Positions 30,801 through 39,659 of a DNA stretch of 64,000 nucleotides are shown in pieces (positions within the stretch are counted from its first letter, which is position 1; every line of letters begins with the position of its first letter). Source of the DNA: Acidobacteriota bacterium (lineage in GTDB: Bacteria; Acidobacteriota; CAIWXX01); NCBI GenBank assembly GCA_040755995.1, contig JBFMAF010000041.1:32001-96000 (forward strand), in the 5' to 3' direction. The notes below the pieces were generated by a model that ran no database searches, was not told where the DNA came from, and saw only the letters and a list, made by a program, of their open reading frames with translations. The translations under genes and the position numbers were made by a program.

Positions 30801-30947
30801 GGTATCCTGCTTCTCCATCGTCTCCTCATTCTCCATTGCAGCCAATGGCCGCGCCGATGGTGCCACCGACGCGAGCGGGGATAGCCATACCGCGGCTCCA
30901 AGGAAGATCAGAACCGATGCCACAGTGCCGGCCAACCGTGCTACCAT
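24900..30947 (-). CDS. bacterial alpha-2-macroglobulin family protein (2015 aa)
   Basis: Ig-like N-terminus, DRSMYRPGE, FRRPEYEV, LPDSLTRYR, CAEQ thioester, QNSDGGWGFW, AEEMYAPE. Confidence 0.95.
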   Translation of the reverse strand: MVARLAGTVASVLIFLGAAVWLSPLASVAPSARPLAAMENEETMEKQDTGLRFRLSEGAESAAAPLVPVAAEVVRLSEAEVQLVLDRMPPLEGLPSEQKEFAIREKSLPPPRPGRTIAEQFPPSAVAEGPVAQVQLRPLKVERSEPEGEVPIAPHLSITFSHPMVAVTSHDELAKLAVPVRLTPEPPGKWRWIGTQTLLFEPKGRFPMATVYQAEVPAGTESAVGGKLSEAYRWTFSTPSPRMTTSHPVAGPVRRDALMFAAFDQRISPAEVLRSIRVKSGSESLSLRLATKEEVAADQSVSALAEGTGEGRWLAFRSEKLLPADSAVQVTVGPGTPSAEGPRKSAESQGYTFRTYGPMVVVDHRCGWDDKCRPMAPWLIRFSNPIDEKAFDKSMIRVDPPLPAMTAAVSWSELSIRGRSRGRTAYRVTLAGSIPDQFGQTLGKDVTLTFKVGPAEQTLWAQGNTIVVADPFGPPRYSVYTINHASLKVRIYAVQPEDWPRYIEYLRDADDERRAIEPPGRRVVSKTLDLSTVPDDLVETPIDLAPALSRGFGQVVLVVEPLKQPKERWRRQSVRIWIQVTQLALDAFSEGGSLTAWVTALKDGSPIRDAEVRLLPSRTAGRTDAGGTASLELPDEPCGLLVARRGDDAAMLPASTSMWGGGEWRRMHASDTVRWCVFDDRSMYRPGEEVRIKGWIRRMGMSKGGDIGAIDTSAIDLLYNVLDSQRNKIVDGRAKVGALGGFDFSIKLPATMNLGFATVEMSLYPEPPGAGGCSYGHGFQVQEFRRPEYEVNVKPSEGPYFVGGNADLSVTASYYAGGGLANAETTWRVTSSPGQFVPPNRDDYIFGFWTPWWESDSESRAADRTEQYTARTDPAGRHHLRIDFVSANPPRPSNVKAEATVMDVNRQAWSASTIMLVHPSDLYVGIKCDRVFVQRGDPMKIDSIVVDMDGKAVAGRRVDMRAVRLEWVQERGDWREKEVDPQDCVVVSAADAPTRCTFQTKEGGRYRISATVVDDKDRANRSEMTMWVAGGKLPPKRNVEQEKVTLIPDKKEYQAGDMAEILVITPFAPADGVLTLRRNGIFHTERLHMTGASQIVKVRIEDGYVPNLYVQVDLAGSAPRTRDDGTPDARLPARPAFAKGDIEISVPPRSRTLALKVTPRMNKLEPGGDTVVDAELRDADGKPVAGGEIALVVVDESVLSLTGYRLPNPLSIFYSDRDAGAEDTYFREQVLLSRPMGLLPESLGEGAEGGVAGGVTMAMEEAMPMPPPAAAPMARMAMPSAPGAAPPPIRVRTDFSALALFAPGLPTDSQGHASVPVKLPDSLTRYRIMAVAVAGTRQFGSGESTITARLPLMVRPSPPRFLNFGDKYELPLVVQNQTDGAVEVDVAVRAVNMRLTDGAGRRVTVPANDRVEVRLPAAAAMAGKARVQVGAVSGDWADAAEVAFPVWTPATTEAFATYGQIDEGAIALPVAAPRDVVKEFGGLEITTSSTALHALTDAVLYLVNYPFDCAEQLASRVIAVAALRDVLTAFAAEGLPAPEEIAKAVDRDIDRLRKLQNSDGGWGFWRRGDESWPYVSIHVAHALERAREKRFAVPPQMLESAHEYLKEIESHIPDNYPDEVRWTLTAYALYVRMRLGETDAPAARELLLKAGLDKLQMEAIGWLLPVLSGDPKSAAQVAEIRRFIGNRVVETAGAANFVVSYSDGAHLLLYSNRRVDGVLLEALIGDQPKSDLIPKLVAGLLAHRRAGRWNNTQENAFILLALDRYFNTYEKVTPDFVARAWLGETYAGEHAFKGYSADRSHIEIPMKYVAGEPSPVDLVLAKQGKGRLYYRIGMQYAPSSLKLDPADHGFTVERRYEAVDNPGDVKRDPQGVWHMKAGARVRVTLTMVAAARRYHVALVDPMPAGLEALNPALAVTGSMPQGPASDAATIGAGGLGGPGYAGKWWWWIRPWFDHQNMRDERVEAFASLLWEGVWTYSYVARATTPGDFVVPPTRAEEMYAPETFGRGSSDRVVVE

Positions 30948-31022
30948 CGTTTTCCTCCTCCAGTCAGTAATGCGCCCGCTCGCCCCAGGGAATTCCCCCT
31001 CGTCACTTTCTCCTTCTCCCTC

Positions 31023-31790
31023 TTACACGGGGAGATCCACATGCACTGACTTGGACTGTCTGGCACGGTTCGCGAGGATGTGGGCGGCTCGCAGCGGTTC
31101 GGGGACGCGGTACCCCTTTACGCACGACAGCACGGTCGAGATTGCGCGGCGCAGCGTTATCCCGTACCCGCACGATACGTACAATGGGCGAACGGCGTCG
31201 CGAGTCCTGAGCACCACGCCGACTTTTCTACGACTGTAGTAAAGCGGCGAGAAGCTGCCCGCGCGCGTTGCGACGCGGCCGTGCTCGCCGACGAGCCGGC
31301 TCTTGGCACAGCCGATCGATGGGACGCCGGTCAGCAGCCCCACGTGAGAGGCGAGGCCGAGGCCGCGAGGGTGCGCAATGCCCTGCCCATCGAGCAAGAG
31401 AACGTCGGGAGCTGCATCGAGATCCTCGAAGCAGCCCAGGAGAGGCGGCACCTCCCTGAACGAAAGCAGGCCGGGTATGTATGGAAACCTAACCCGGCAT
31501 GTGCTGACGCGCCGCTCAACGATCTCGAGCGACGGATGCGAGAACACAACGAGCGCGGCCCAGATGCGGTCGCTCCGCCTGTCGTACGAGATGTCTGCCC
31601 CCGCAACGGTTCGTAGCTTACCGCGGAGCAGTGTCGCCTGTTCGAGACGCTTCGCGAGGCGGTTCTGGATGTCGACAGCCTCCTCGACCGAGACGTCCCA
31701 GGCGTGGAGCCGGCGGATGCGCACAGGCAACCGTCGCGCGCCATGCCTCGTGGTCTTCCCCTTGGTACTCACCGCAGATCCCGTGGTCAT
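31023..31790 (-). CDS. nfi: endonuclease V
   Basis: VAGADISY, PYIPGLLSFRE, DGQGIAHPR, IGCAKS motifs; start uncertain. Confidence 0.95.
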   Translation of the reverse strand: MTTGSAVSTKGKTTRHGARRLPVRIRRLHAWDVSVEEAVDIQNRLAKRLEQATLLRGKLRTVAGADISYDRRSDRIWAALVVFSHPSLEIVERRVSTCRVRFPYIPGLLSFREVPPLLGCFEDLDAAPDVLLLDGQGIAHPRGLGLASHVGLLTGVPSIGCAKSRLVGEHGRVATRAGSFSPLYYSRRKVGVVLRTRDAVRPLYVSCGYGITLRRAISTVLSCVKGYRVPEPLRAAHILANRARQSKSVHVDLPV

Positions 31791-31916
31791 GACTAGACCA
31801 CAGGCACGGCGGGGGTGTCAACTGTGACCGACACGGAGACGCGGTGATGGGACGGGACTCACGGGTGCCCTACGTCCTGCTCCAACCAGTACGATTCAGC
31901 GGCCCACCGCTGGCCG

Positions 31917-32849
31917 TCATTTCTGCGACCGCACCGGCAGTGCGCGGTAGTGGATGGAGGCGGAACGGTCTTCGGTGTGGGCGAAGCCGTCGACGAAGTA
32001 GAAGTAGCGAGCTTCGACGGGCCCTTCGGTCTCACAGGACCATACCGAGTGACAACTGAGAAGGATGGGTGGCTTGGCGTGAAACGGCCATCGAGGATCG
32101 CAGTCGAGCGTGCGCGAGTTGCTCTCATCGTACAGGCTACGGAGCTCCAATGAGGTCGGCATTCGCCAATCAGAGTGACCCCCACCTTTGTACTTCTCAC
32201 AGAACTGCTTGGCCTCATCCCAGGTGACGTCGTGCCCGTTGTCCTGCGCAGCCCACATCAGTCCTGTTTGATTGTCGGTGATAGTTCCATCCGAACCGGG
32301 AACGAAACCCCCTGCCTTCTTGATGCCTTTGCAGGAGTTGGTGAACCCTTCCACTAGAAGCTGGGGCAGCTCCTTCGAGTAGGTACGGCTGGTCCCGTCA
32401 GTGTAGTCCACTTCGATGTCAATGATTTCCAGACACTCTATGGTGGTATTGCGCCAAACCGCCTCCCACTCAGTCTCGTTGAAGTCGTCACGCCCCTCAT
32501 AGGGACCGGTGGTTTGCAGCGCCGTGCCTCGAAACGCACCATAGGGGCTTATGAGTTGCACAACCGCCTGTCCATTGGCATCGTACGGGCGAACTTTGAA
32601 AACTATGCGCTTCATGGTGCGCGAGCTGTCTAGGTGTGCCCATATGATAGCAACACTCACAGCATCGCCAGAGTCGGCCTTGTGAACGCTGGCGCCGGCG
32701 AGGATGAGACTCAGCCCTTTTTCCCTGACTGACTGAAACTCGCTCTGCCCATGGGCATGGTGCCACGCTCCTTGCATCAGAAGCGCAAGGAGAGGAGCGA
32801 CGCGCCAGGCTGGAGTGTGTTTGAATGGCGGACCTTGCTTCAGACGCAT
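31917..32849 (-). CDS. secreted DUF1566 (Lcl C-terminal, C-type lectin fold) domain protein
   Basis: signal peptide; DGTITDNQTGLMW, WDEAKQFC, DWRMPTSLELRSL, C-terminal ALPVR. Confidence 0.88.
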   Translation of the reverse strand: MRLKQGPPFKHTPAWRVAPLLALLMQGAWHHAHGQSEFQSVREKGLSLILAGASVHKADSGDAVSVAIIWAHLDSSRTMKRIVFKVRPYDANGQAVVQLISPYGAFRGTALQTTGPYEGRDDFNETEWEAVWRNTTIECLEIIDIEVDYTDGTSRTYSKELPQLLVEGFTNSCKGIKKAGGFVPGSDGTITDNQTGLMWAAQDNGHDVTWDEAKQFCEKYKGGGHSDWRMPTSLELRSLYDESNSRTLDCDPRWPFHAKPPILLSCHSVWSCETEGPVEARYFYFVDGFAHTEDRSASIHYRALPVRSQK

Positions 32850-32855
32850 GCTACC

Positions 32856-33110
32856 CTACTTGGACGACGGCTGAGGCATTGCGTCCAGATGGACCTTGCC
32901 GTAGCGGAGGCGAAGTCCCTTTCTCCCGGGAACTTCGACGCGGATCTCATGCCGACCGCGATCGGAGTCGGGCGGCTTGTAGCCGAGCGAGTATTGGTAC
33001 CTCAGCTCCTCGGATATGTCGGAGTAGAAACGCTTGACGTCCTCCGGCGCGGTGGATCGGCCCGCGTCAGCTCGCGGTCGGCATCTTCCAGCGAATCGGG
33101 CGGCAACAAA
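32856..33110 (-). pseudogene. start-less C-terminal remnant of an acidobacterial VWA protein
   Basis: manual translation FYSDISEELRYQYSLGYKPPDSDRGRHEIRVEVPGRKGLRLRY; no in-frame start codon upstream of the homologous part. Confidence 0.7.
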
Positions 33111-33143
33111 TCATCTCCGGCAAATCGTCCGGGCTCCGCATCA

Positions 33144-34097
33144 CTACCCCGTCTGCTCGTGCAGGTAGTCGAGCAGCGCGCTGAGATCTGCCGGCAGGGG
33201 AGCCTCGAACGTGAGCTGGAAGTCTTTGCGCGGGTGGTGGATGCGCAGCCGCCAGGCGTGGAGAGCAGGGCGCGGGAAATCGCGGAGCCTGTCCGGAGCC
33301 CTGCGAGGTCCGCCCTTCCCGTAGGTCGGATCGCCGACCAGAGGATGGCCGGCCGAGGACAGGTGCACTCGGATCTGGTGCGTCCTGCCCGTCGCGGGGG
33401 AGACGTGAAGCAAGCTGCACCAGGGTTGATACCGGCTGACGACCTGGTACCGGGTCACGGCCTCCCGGCTGCGCCTCGGCGACGAATGGCGGGTGCGAGC
33501 CTGCATCTTGCCGCCCTTCGAGCTCCGGCCGATGGCGAGCGATATCTCGCCGTGGTCGGCTTTGACGGTGCCCCAGACGATCGCCACGTACGTCTTTGCG
33601 ACGGAGCGCGCCTTGAACTGCGCCTGCAGCGCCGTGAGCGCCTGCTCAGTCTTGGCAACCACCATTACACCGGTCGTACCGCGATCGAGGCGGTGCACGA
33701 TCCCGGGACGCTCGACACCGCCCACACCTGCCAGACCGCGCACGTGGAAGAGAAGCGATGAGACGAGCGTTCCGCGCCGGTTGCCCGGGGCCGGGTGCAC
33801 GACCATGCCTGCGGGCTTGTTGATTGCAACGATATCGTCGTCCTCGTACAGGACATCCAGCGGGATGTCTTCGGGTTCCACATCGCACTTGTCAGGAGGC
33901 GGCATACGCAGCTGCACGGTGTCGCCGGGTCTGAGCCTCGATGCCGGGCGCGCCGGTTCACCGCGGACAGTGCAGTGGCCTTGTGCGATGAGGCGCTGAA
34001 TCGAAGATCGGCTCAGGTCGTCGAGACGCTGGGCCAGATACTGGTCCAGCCTGGGCCCGGAAGACGGCCCCTCGAACACGAATGTGAATTCCTTCAT
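33144..34097 (-). CDS. rluD: RluA/RluD family 23S rRNA pseudouridine synthase
   Basis: S4 domain, NKPAGMVVHP, HRLDRGTTG, GRTHQIRVH. Confidence 0.93.
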   Translation of the reverse strand: MKEFTFVFEGPSSGPRLDQYLAQRLDDLSRSSIQRLIAQGHCTVRGEPARPASRLRPGDTVQLRMPPPDKCDVEPEDIPLDVLYEDDDIVAINKPAGMVVHPAPGNRRGTLVSSLLFHVRGLAGVGGVERPGIVHRLDRGTTGVMVVAKTEQALTALQAQFKARSVAKTYVAIVWGTVKADHGEISLAIGRSSKGGKMQARTRHSSPRRSREAVTRYQVVSRYQPWCSLLHVSPATGRTHQIRVHLSSAGHPLVGDPTYGKGGPRRAPDRLRDFPRPALHAWRLRIHHPRKDFQLTFEAPLPADLSALLDYLHEQTG

Positions 34098-34147
34098 CCG
34101 ATCTAGCCGCAGGACCTTGCCCTGAGCCGCGCGCGCACCTCGATGCG

Positions 34148-34975
34148 CTATGACTCCGCGCGCTCGGCTCTCCTTCGGAGCCCGAAGTACACGAAGATCG
34201 AGAAGGGGAGCATGAGCAGCGCGATCGACTGCGAGGTGGAGAGGAGGCCGAAGACGAACCCGCGCTCATCGTTTCGGAAGAACTCGATGGCCAGGCGAAT
34301 GACCGAATACAGAGTTGCGTAGAGCCAGAAAATCTGGCCGTCGAACGTCTTGCGGCGCCTCATGAACATGAGCACGAGGAACAGCATGAAGGCTGCGAGG
34401 GATTCGTAGAGCTGGGTCGGGTGGAGGGAGATGTCGAGCGGCGTGCCGACGGTCTCGAAGCAGTAGACGTCCCTGAAGGTGACGGCCCATGGCAGACTCG
34501 ACGGCTTGCCGTAGCAGCAGCCGGCTGCAAAGCATCCGAGCCGTCCGATGGCCTGGCCGATGGCGATCCCAGGAGCGATGAGGTCGCCCACCTTCCAAAT
34601 CGGCAGCTGATGCTTACGCAGGTACCAGTACGATACTGCACCCGCGCAAAGGAATCCGCCGTAGAAGACACCGCCTGAGCGGAATTGTGAAAAGATCTGG
34701 CCGGGGTGCTCCGTGTAGTATCCCAGGTCGCTCAGGACCAGCAGTGCCTTCGCACCGATCAGTGCCGAGATGACCGCGTACACGGCCAGATCGAAAATCC
34801 GCTCTTCCGGCACACCTTCTCGCTTCGCCCCCATGACCACGACGACGATCGCCGCAAGGAAGGCCAGCGCCAGGATAGCCCCGTATGTGTGCTGTGTGTA
34901 TTCGAGATGAAAAGGCCCAAGAATCCAGAAGCGCGGGATCTCGTACGGGCCGATCGTGAAAAGGCGAGGGAACAT
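34148..34975 (-). CDS. lgt: prolipoprotein diacylglyceryl transferase
   Basis: GGVFYGG, GRLGCF, HPTQLYE, EFFR. Confidence 0.95.
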   Translation of the reverse strand: MFPRLFTIGPYEIPRFWILGPFHLEYTQHTYGAILALAFLAAIVVVVMGAKREGVPEERIFDLAVYAVISALIGAKALLVLSDLGYYTEHPGQIFSQFRSGGVFYGGFLCAGAVSYWYLRKHQLPIWKVGDLIAPGIAIGQAIGRLGCFAAGCCYGKPSSLPWAVTFRDVYCFETVGTPLDISLHPTQLYESLAAFMLFLVLMFMRRRKTFDGQIFWLYATLYSVIRLAIEFFRNDERGFVFGLLSTSQSIALLMLPFSIFVYFGLRRRAERAES

Positions 34976-34983
34976 GATCTACG

Positions 34984-35523
34984 CTACCGGATGGCACGGC
35001 CGTTTGGGGCTTCAATTGTGGAATCCGAACCGGCGGCGGGCAGGTGGATCGACCGGAGGATCAAGAGGCCGATGCCGACGCAGATGCAGGAGTCAGCCAC
35101 GTTGAATGCGGGCCAGCGGTAGCTGCCGATGTAGAAGTCGAGGAAGTCAACGACCGACCCGCGCACCAGCCGGTCGATGATGTTGCCGACGGCTCCACCC
35201 AGGATCAGGGAAAGCCCGAAGAGGTTCATACGGTCCAGCGGTGAGCACCTGTGGAAGAACCACGCAACCAGCATGAGCGCTGCCAGCGAGAGCAACGTCA
35301 GGATAGCCGGTAGCAAGGGGTAGGGGGCGTCCTGCAGGAGGCCGAATACTGCGCCGGAATTGCGAGTGTGGACGATGTTGAACAGGTTGTCGATCACAGG
35401 TCGCGTCTCATGCAGGTACAGCGTGTTGCTGATGATGGCCTTGGTCAACTGGTCCAGGGCGATGACGATGATCGTCACGATCAGGTAGAGGCGCTTGCCC
35501 GGAGCGTGCACCAGCTTGCTCAA
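34984..35523 (-). CDS. lspA: lipoprotein signal peptidase II
   Basis: DQLTK, NSGAVFG, GNIIDR, VVDFLD, FNVAD; TTG start overlapping the ileS stop. Confidence 0.95.
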   Translation of the reverse strand: MSKLVHAPGKRLYLIVTIIVIALDQLTKAIISNTLYLHETRPVIDNLFNIVHTRNSGAVFGLLQDAPYPLLPAILTLLSLAALMLVAWFFHRCSPLDRMNLFGLSLILGGAVGNIIDRLVRGSVVDFLDFYIGSYRWPAFNVADSCICVGIGLLILRSIHLPAAGSDSTIEAPNGRAIR

Positions 35524-38279
35524 CGTTCGATCCGATCCACGACCGCCTTGCACCTCGGGCAGACCATCGCCGCCTCGATCGCAGAAGGTTCCCTGGTGTA
35601 GCACCAGCAGCGGTCGCATTTCGTACCCTCGGCAGGGCTCACCAACACCTCGATCTCCTCGGCTTCCAGATCCGGCACCACCTGCAGGTCGGACACGATG
35701 AAGAGCGTTCTCAGGAGCTCGAGGTTGTTCATGAACAGGTCTCGATCGCTCTCGATGCAACGGACGCGCACCTGCGCGTCCAGGGAGCTCCCGATCTTCT
35801 TGTGCTTCCTCTTCTCCTCGATCGCCTGGTGCACCTTGCGCCGGATCTCCAGGAGGCGATCCCACTTCTGCAGCTCCTCCTCGCCCAGCCACCCCTCCAC
35901 GACCTCCGGGAACCGGCTCAGGTGGACGGACTCTTCCTTGCTGGCATACGCCGGCAGGTATGACCACACCTCCTCGGAGGTGAACGTCAGAATCGGCGCG
36001 ACGAGCTTCGCGAGATCGCGGGCGAGGATGAACATCGTCGTCTGACCTGCGCGCCTGGGCCCGGATTCCGCTTCGGAGCAGTACATGCGGTCCTTGGTTA
36101 CGTCCAGGTAGAGCGAGCTGAGATCCACAACGCAGAAATTGTGCAACGCCTGGTAGATCGTGTGGAACTGGTCGACACCGTAGTCGTTGCGTGCATTCTC
36201 AGTTATTTCCGAGAGCCGGTGGAGTGCGTAGCGGTCGACCTCGAGCAGGCCTTCACGGCCGAGCATGTGCGCGTCCGGGTCGAAGTCATAGAGATTGCTC
36301 AGGAGGTAGCGAAAGGTGTTGCGGATCTTCCGATAGGCTTCGGTAAGACGCTGCAGGATCTCTTCGGACAGCGTCACGTCTTCCTTGTAGTTGACCATCG
36401 CCACCCAGAGCCGGACGATCTCAGCGCCGCGTTTCCCGCAGATCTCCAAAGGATCGATCGTGTTCCCGAGGGACTTGTGCATGGCACGCCCCTCGGCATC
36501 CAGCGTCCATCCATGCGTCAGGACGCGGCGATATGGCGCACTCCCGCTCGTGCCGATGCTCACCAGGAGTGAGCTGTGGAACCACCCGCGGTACTGGTCG
36601 TTGCCTTCGAGATACAGGTCGGCGGGTGCCGGGAGGTCCGGGCGGTGCCCGAGCACCGCGGCGAAGCTCGCGCCGGACTCGAACCACACGTCGAGGATGT
36701 TGGTCTCCTTCTCGAACTTCTGCCCGCCGCATGCCGTGCAGGCAAGGCCTGCGGCGATCTCGTCAGCACCGTTCGCGAACCATGAATTCGAGCCTTCCTT
36801 CTCGAAGAGATCGGCAACGTGCAACGCCACGGCCTCGCTGGCCTCGACCTTGCCGCACGAGCGGCAGTAGAAGGCGGGGATGGGCACTCCCCAGACCCTC
36901 TGCCGCGAAATACACCAATCCGGGCGCGTCGCAATCATCTTCTCGATGCGCTCCTGCCCCCACGGCGGATCCCAAGAGACCGTCTTGATGGCGTCGAGCG
37001 CCCGCTGCCGCAGACCGTTGTGATCCATCGAGATGAACCACTGTTCTGTTGCGCGGAAGATGGTCGGTTTCTTGCACCGCCAGCAATGGGGGTAGGAGTG
37101 TTCGAGCTTGGAGACATGCATGAGCATGTCGGCCGTCTGCAGGTCTTCGACGATCTTGTCATTGGCTGCGAACACATGCATGCCGGCGTACTTGCCGGCC
37201 TCTTGCGTGAACACCCCTCCCGCATCCACCGGGTTGAAGATTTCCAGGTTGTATTTCAAACCGGTCAGGTAGTCGTCGTAGCCGTGCCCCGGCGCAGTGT
37301 GGACGCAGCCCGTGCCCTGCTCCAGGGTGACGTAGTCTGCAAGAACGAGCGGCGTGTCGCGGCCATTCAGCGGATGCCAGGCCACGATGTGCAGCAGTTC
37401 GTCTCCGCGCTTTCGCAACACAGGCTTGTGGTGCGCAAGACCGATCGACTCGACCAGGCTCTGGTGCAGCTGTTCGGCGATCAGCAGATGGCGGCCATGG
37501 TGCTCGTAGAACCCGTAGACGTAGTCGGGATGGAGCGCAATGGCGCGGTTGGCGGGAAGGGTCCAGGGTGTCGTCGTCCAGATCAGCACATCCGAATTCA
37601 GCGGCTCGCCGTCGCGCAGGCTCTCCGGCTTCACCGGGAATCGGACGAAGATCGACGGGGACTCATGATCGGCATACTCGACCTCGGCCTCTGCCAGTGC
37701 CGTGCGGCACGTCACGCACCAGCTGACGGCGCGCTTGCCCTTGACCACGTTGCCCGACGCGAAAAATCTGGCCAGCGATCGCAACACCGCGGCCTCGTAC
37801 CGGCGCGACATCGTGATGTACGGCTGCTCCCATTCACCGAAGCCGCCGAGCCGGATGAAGTCGTCGCGCTGCAGACTTATGAATTTCTCGGCGTACTTCC
37901 TGCATTCCTCGCGGATCTGCACGGCGGTCATCGAGTGCTTGCGCGGCCCCAGAGTGCGGTCGACCTCGTGCTCGATCGGCAGGCCGTGGCAATCCCACCC
38001 CGGCACGAACGGCGCGTCGTAGCCGGCCATCGTCCGCGCCTTGACGATCAGGTCTTTCAGGATCTTGTTGAGCGCCGTTCCGAGATGAATCCTCCCGTTG
38101 GCGTACGGAGGCCCGTCGTGAAGCACGTACGAAGGGCAGCCCCGCCGGCTCTCCCGGATACGCTCGTACAGCCGCATCTCCTTCCAGCGCTGCAGGGCCT
38201 TCGGCTCCCGGACGGCCAGATCGCCTTTCATCGGAAAATCGGTCCGTGGCAGGTTCAGTGTCGATCTGAGTTCAACCAT
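35520..38279 (-). CDS. ileS: isoleucyl-tRNA synthetase (type 1)
   Basis: [36 protein letters not shown]-terminal CxxC..CxxC zinc finger. Confidence 0.98.
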   Translation of the reverse strand: MVELRSTLNLPRTDFPMKGDLAVREPKALQRWKEMRLYERIRESRRGCPSYVLHDGPPYANGRIHLGTALNKILKDLIVKARTMAGYDAPFVPGWDCHGLPIEHEVDRTLGPRKHSMTAVQIREECRKYAEKFISLQRDDFIRLGGFGEWEQPYITMSRRYEAAVLRSLARFFASGNVVKGKRAVSWCVTCRTALAEAEVEYADHESPSIFVRFPVKPESLRDGEPLNSDVLIWTTTPWTLPANRAIALHPDYVYGFYEHHGRHLLIAEQLHQSLVESIGLAHHKPVLRKRGDELLHIVAWHPLNGRDTPLVLADYVTLEQGTGCVHTAPGHGYDDYLTGLKYNLEIFNPVDAGGVFTQEAGKYAGMHVFAANDKIVEDLQTADMLMHVSKLEHSYPHCWRCKKPTIFRATEQWFISMDHNGLRQRALDAIKTVSWDPPWGQERIEKMIATRPDWCISRQRVWGVPIPAFYCRSCGKVEASEAVALHVADLFEKEGSNSWFANGADEIAAGLACTACGGQKFEKETNILDVWFESGASFAAVLGHRPDLPAPADLYLEGNDQYRGWFHSSLLVSIGTSGSAPYRRVLTHGWTLDAEGRAMHKSLGNTIDPLEICGKRGAEIVRLWVAMVNYKEDVTLSEEILQRLTEAYRKIRNTFRYLLSNLYDFDPDAHMLGREGLLEVDRYALHRLSEITENARNDYGVDQFHTIYQALHNFCVVDLSSLYLDVTKDRMYCSEAESGPRRAGQTTMFILARDLAKLVAPILTFTSEEVWSYLPAYASKEESVHLSRFPEVVEGWLGEEELQKWDRLLEIRRKVHQAIEEKRKHKKIGSSLDAQVRVRCIESDRDLFMNNLELLRTLFIVSDLQVVPDLEAEEIEVLVSPAEGTKCDRCWCYTREPSAIEAAMVCPRCKAVVDRIER

Positions 38280-38561
38280 TTCTCACAAAATCTCTCTTCT
38301 TCAATGTCAAACCCGCAATCTTATTTTGCCGCACTCGATCGCGTCAAGCCAGCCGGAAGCCGAAAGAACGATAGGTCGTTCTCGCTTTTGAGCGGGCGAC
38401 CACGAGATAGGGTCGTTCGGGGATGGAGCAGACGCGGAGACGCGGAGGCGCGGAGACACGGTGATGAGGGCAGATGCTGCTCTCCATGCCGGTCGAAAAA
38501 TGCGTGGACTTCATTCGAATCATCGTGTGGGCGCTCCGCGCGCGCGACGCGGGACTACCGG

Positions 38562-39461
38562 TCAGGCGCTGGGGACCCTGAACACCTTGATGCGGATCCC
38601 GCCGAAAATGATGGCCAAGAGGTTGTATAGAAATCCGAGCAGGACACCGTAGAGACCCGAAAGGAGCCCGATGCCACCAGCTCCGATCAGACCGAACATC
38701 ATCCCGCCGATCCACCGGCCCCGAAGTCCCTGCAGGAGGGGATAGCTGTTCAGAGCCGGACCGATATCCCGGATTGCGCCGTAGAATACGCCGGAGACCA
38801 GCCCGATGATGAGACCAGCCCCGCCAAGGAACTTGAAGCATGAGACGAGGTTGAGCGCGCGGAGCTCCCGCTCGTCGCCGTGCCGTCCCGACCCGGTGGA
38901 TACGTCGAGGAAGCCGGGAGAGGAGTCCTTGCGGAGAACGACTTCGCCGGTGCGCGGCTTCACGATGTGCGAGGACGCGCCGCTCGTCGTGCCGACGAGG
39001 CTCTTCGCGCAGGTGCGGCACTGCATCGTCTCGGGATCAAGCGCCGCACCGCAGACGGGGCAGAGACGCACGGACTTCGACGGTGTCTCCCTCTCCTGCG
39101 CCGCCTTGCTCATGTCCCTGCCGCAGCGCGAGCACAGAGACCGTCCGGCGAGGTTCTCGAAGCCGCAGTGCGGGCAGAGCAGAACGCTTGTCGACGGAGG
39201 CGCGGCCACCGGCGGCGTCGGCTGCGTGGCGATCGACCCGACCTCCGCAAAGGCCCCATCATCCGGCGTCGCCTCGGCCCAGCGCGTCCCGTCGTAGTAG
39301 TACCACTTGCCGGTTTGAGCGCCGATGGTCCAGTACCGTCCCTTGACGTCCTGCAGCATCAGCGCCTTGAGCTGCTGCTCCCATTCTTCCTGCGTGAGCT
39401 TCCCGCTCTTGCGCAGCCCCACAAGCTCCTGGTAGCGCGCTTCTGCGTCCCGGCACTTCAT
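38562..39461 (-). CDS. zinc-ribbon membrane protein
   Basis: four CxxC motifs, N-terminal Trp/Tyr-rich domain, C-terminal hydrophobic helices. Confidence 0.75.
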   Translation of the reverse strand: MKCRDAEARYQELVGLRKSGKLTQEEWEQQLKALMLQDVKGRYWTIGAQTGKWYYYDGTRWAEATPDDGAFAEVGSIATQPTPPVAAPPSTSVLLCPHCGFENLAGRSLCSRCGRDMSKAAQERETPSKSVRLCPVCGAALDPETMQCRTCAKSLVGTTSGASSHIVKPRTGEVVLRKDSSPGFLDVSTGSGRHGDERELRALNLVSCFKFLGGAGLIIGLVSGVFYGAIRDIGPALNSYPLLQGLRGRWIGGMMFGLIGAGGIGLLSGLYGVLLGFLYNLLAIIFGGIRIKVFRVPSA

Positions 39462-39470
39462 CGCGAAGTC

Positions 39471-39499
39471 ATGCTAGCGGATGACTTCGGGAGTGTCAA
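39471..39499 (-). promoter_or_regulatory. sigma70-type promoter giving a near-leaderless transcript
   Basis: TTGACA-17 nt-TAGCAT, 9 nt before ATG 39461. Confidence 0.55.
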
Positions 39500-39659
39500 C
39501 GGCTCCAGATTGCACGTGTGCTCAAGGTCACGCCTGAAACAGTGAGCGAAGTAGTCGGCCTCGCGCGCAGCCCCGCGGGAGCGGAGCCGCAAACGCGGTC
39601 GCGCATTGACGCTCCTCGCGATGCTCTGCTAGACTCGGGCCAACAAGGAGCAGGCACAC

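Noticed and set aside
38280..38560. T-box leader upstream of ileS
   Set aside because: No T-box consensus seen; a candidate promoter (TTGACG-18-TAAGAT) lies only about 40 nt from the start
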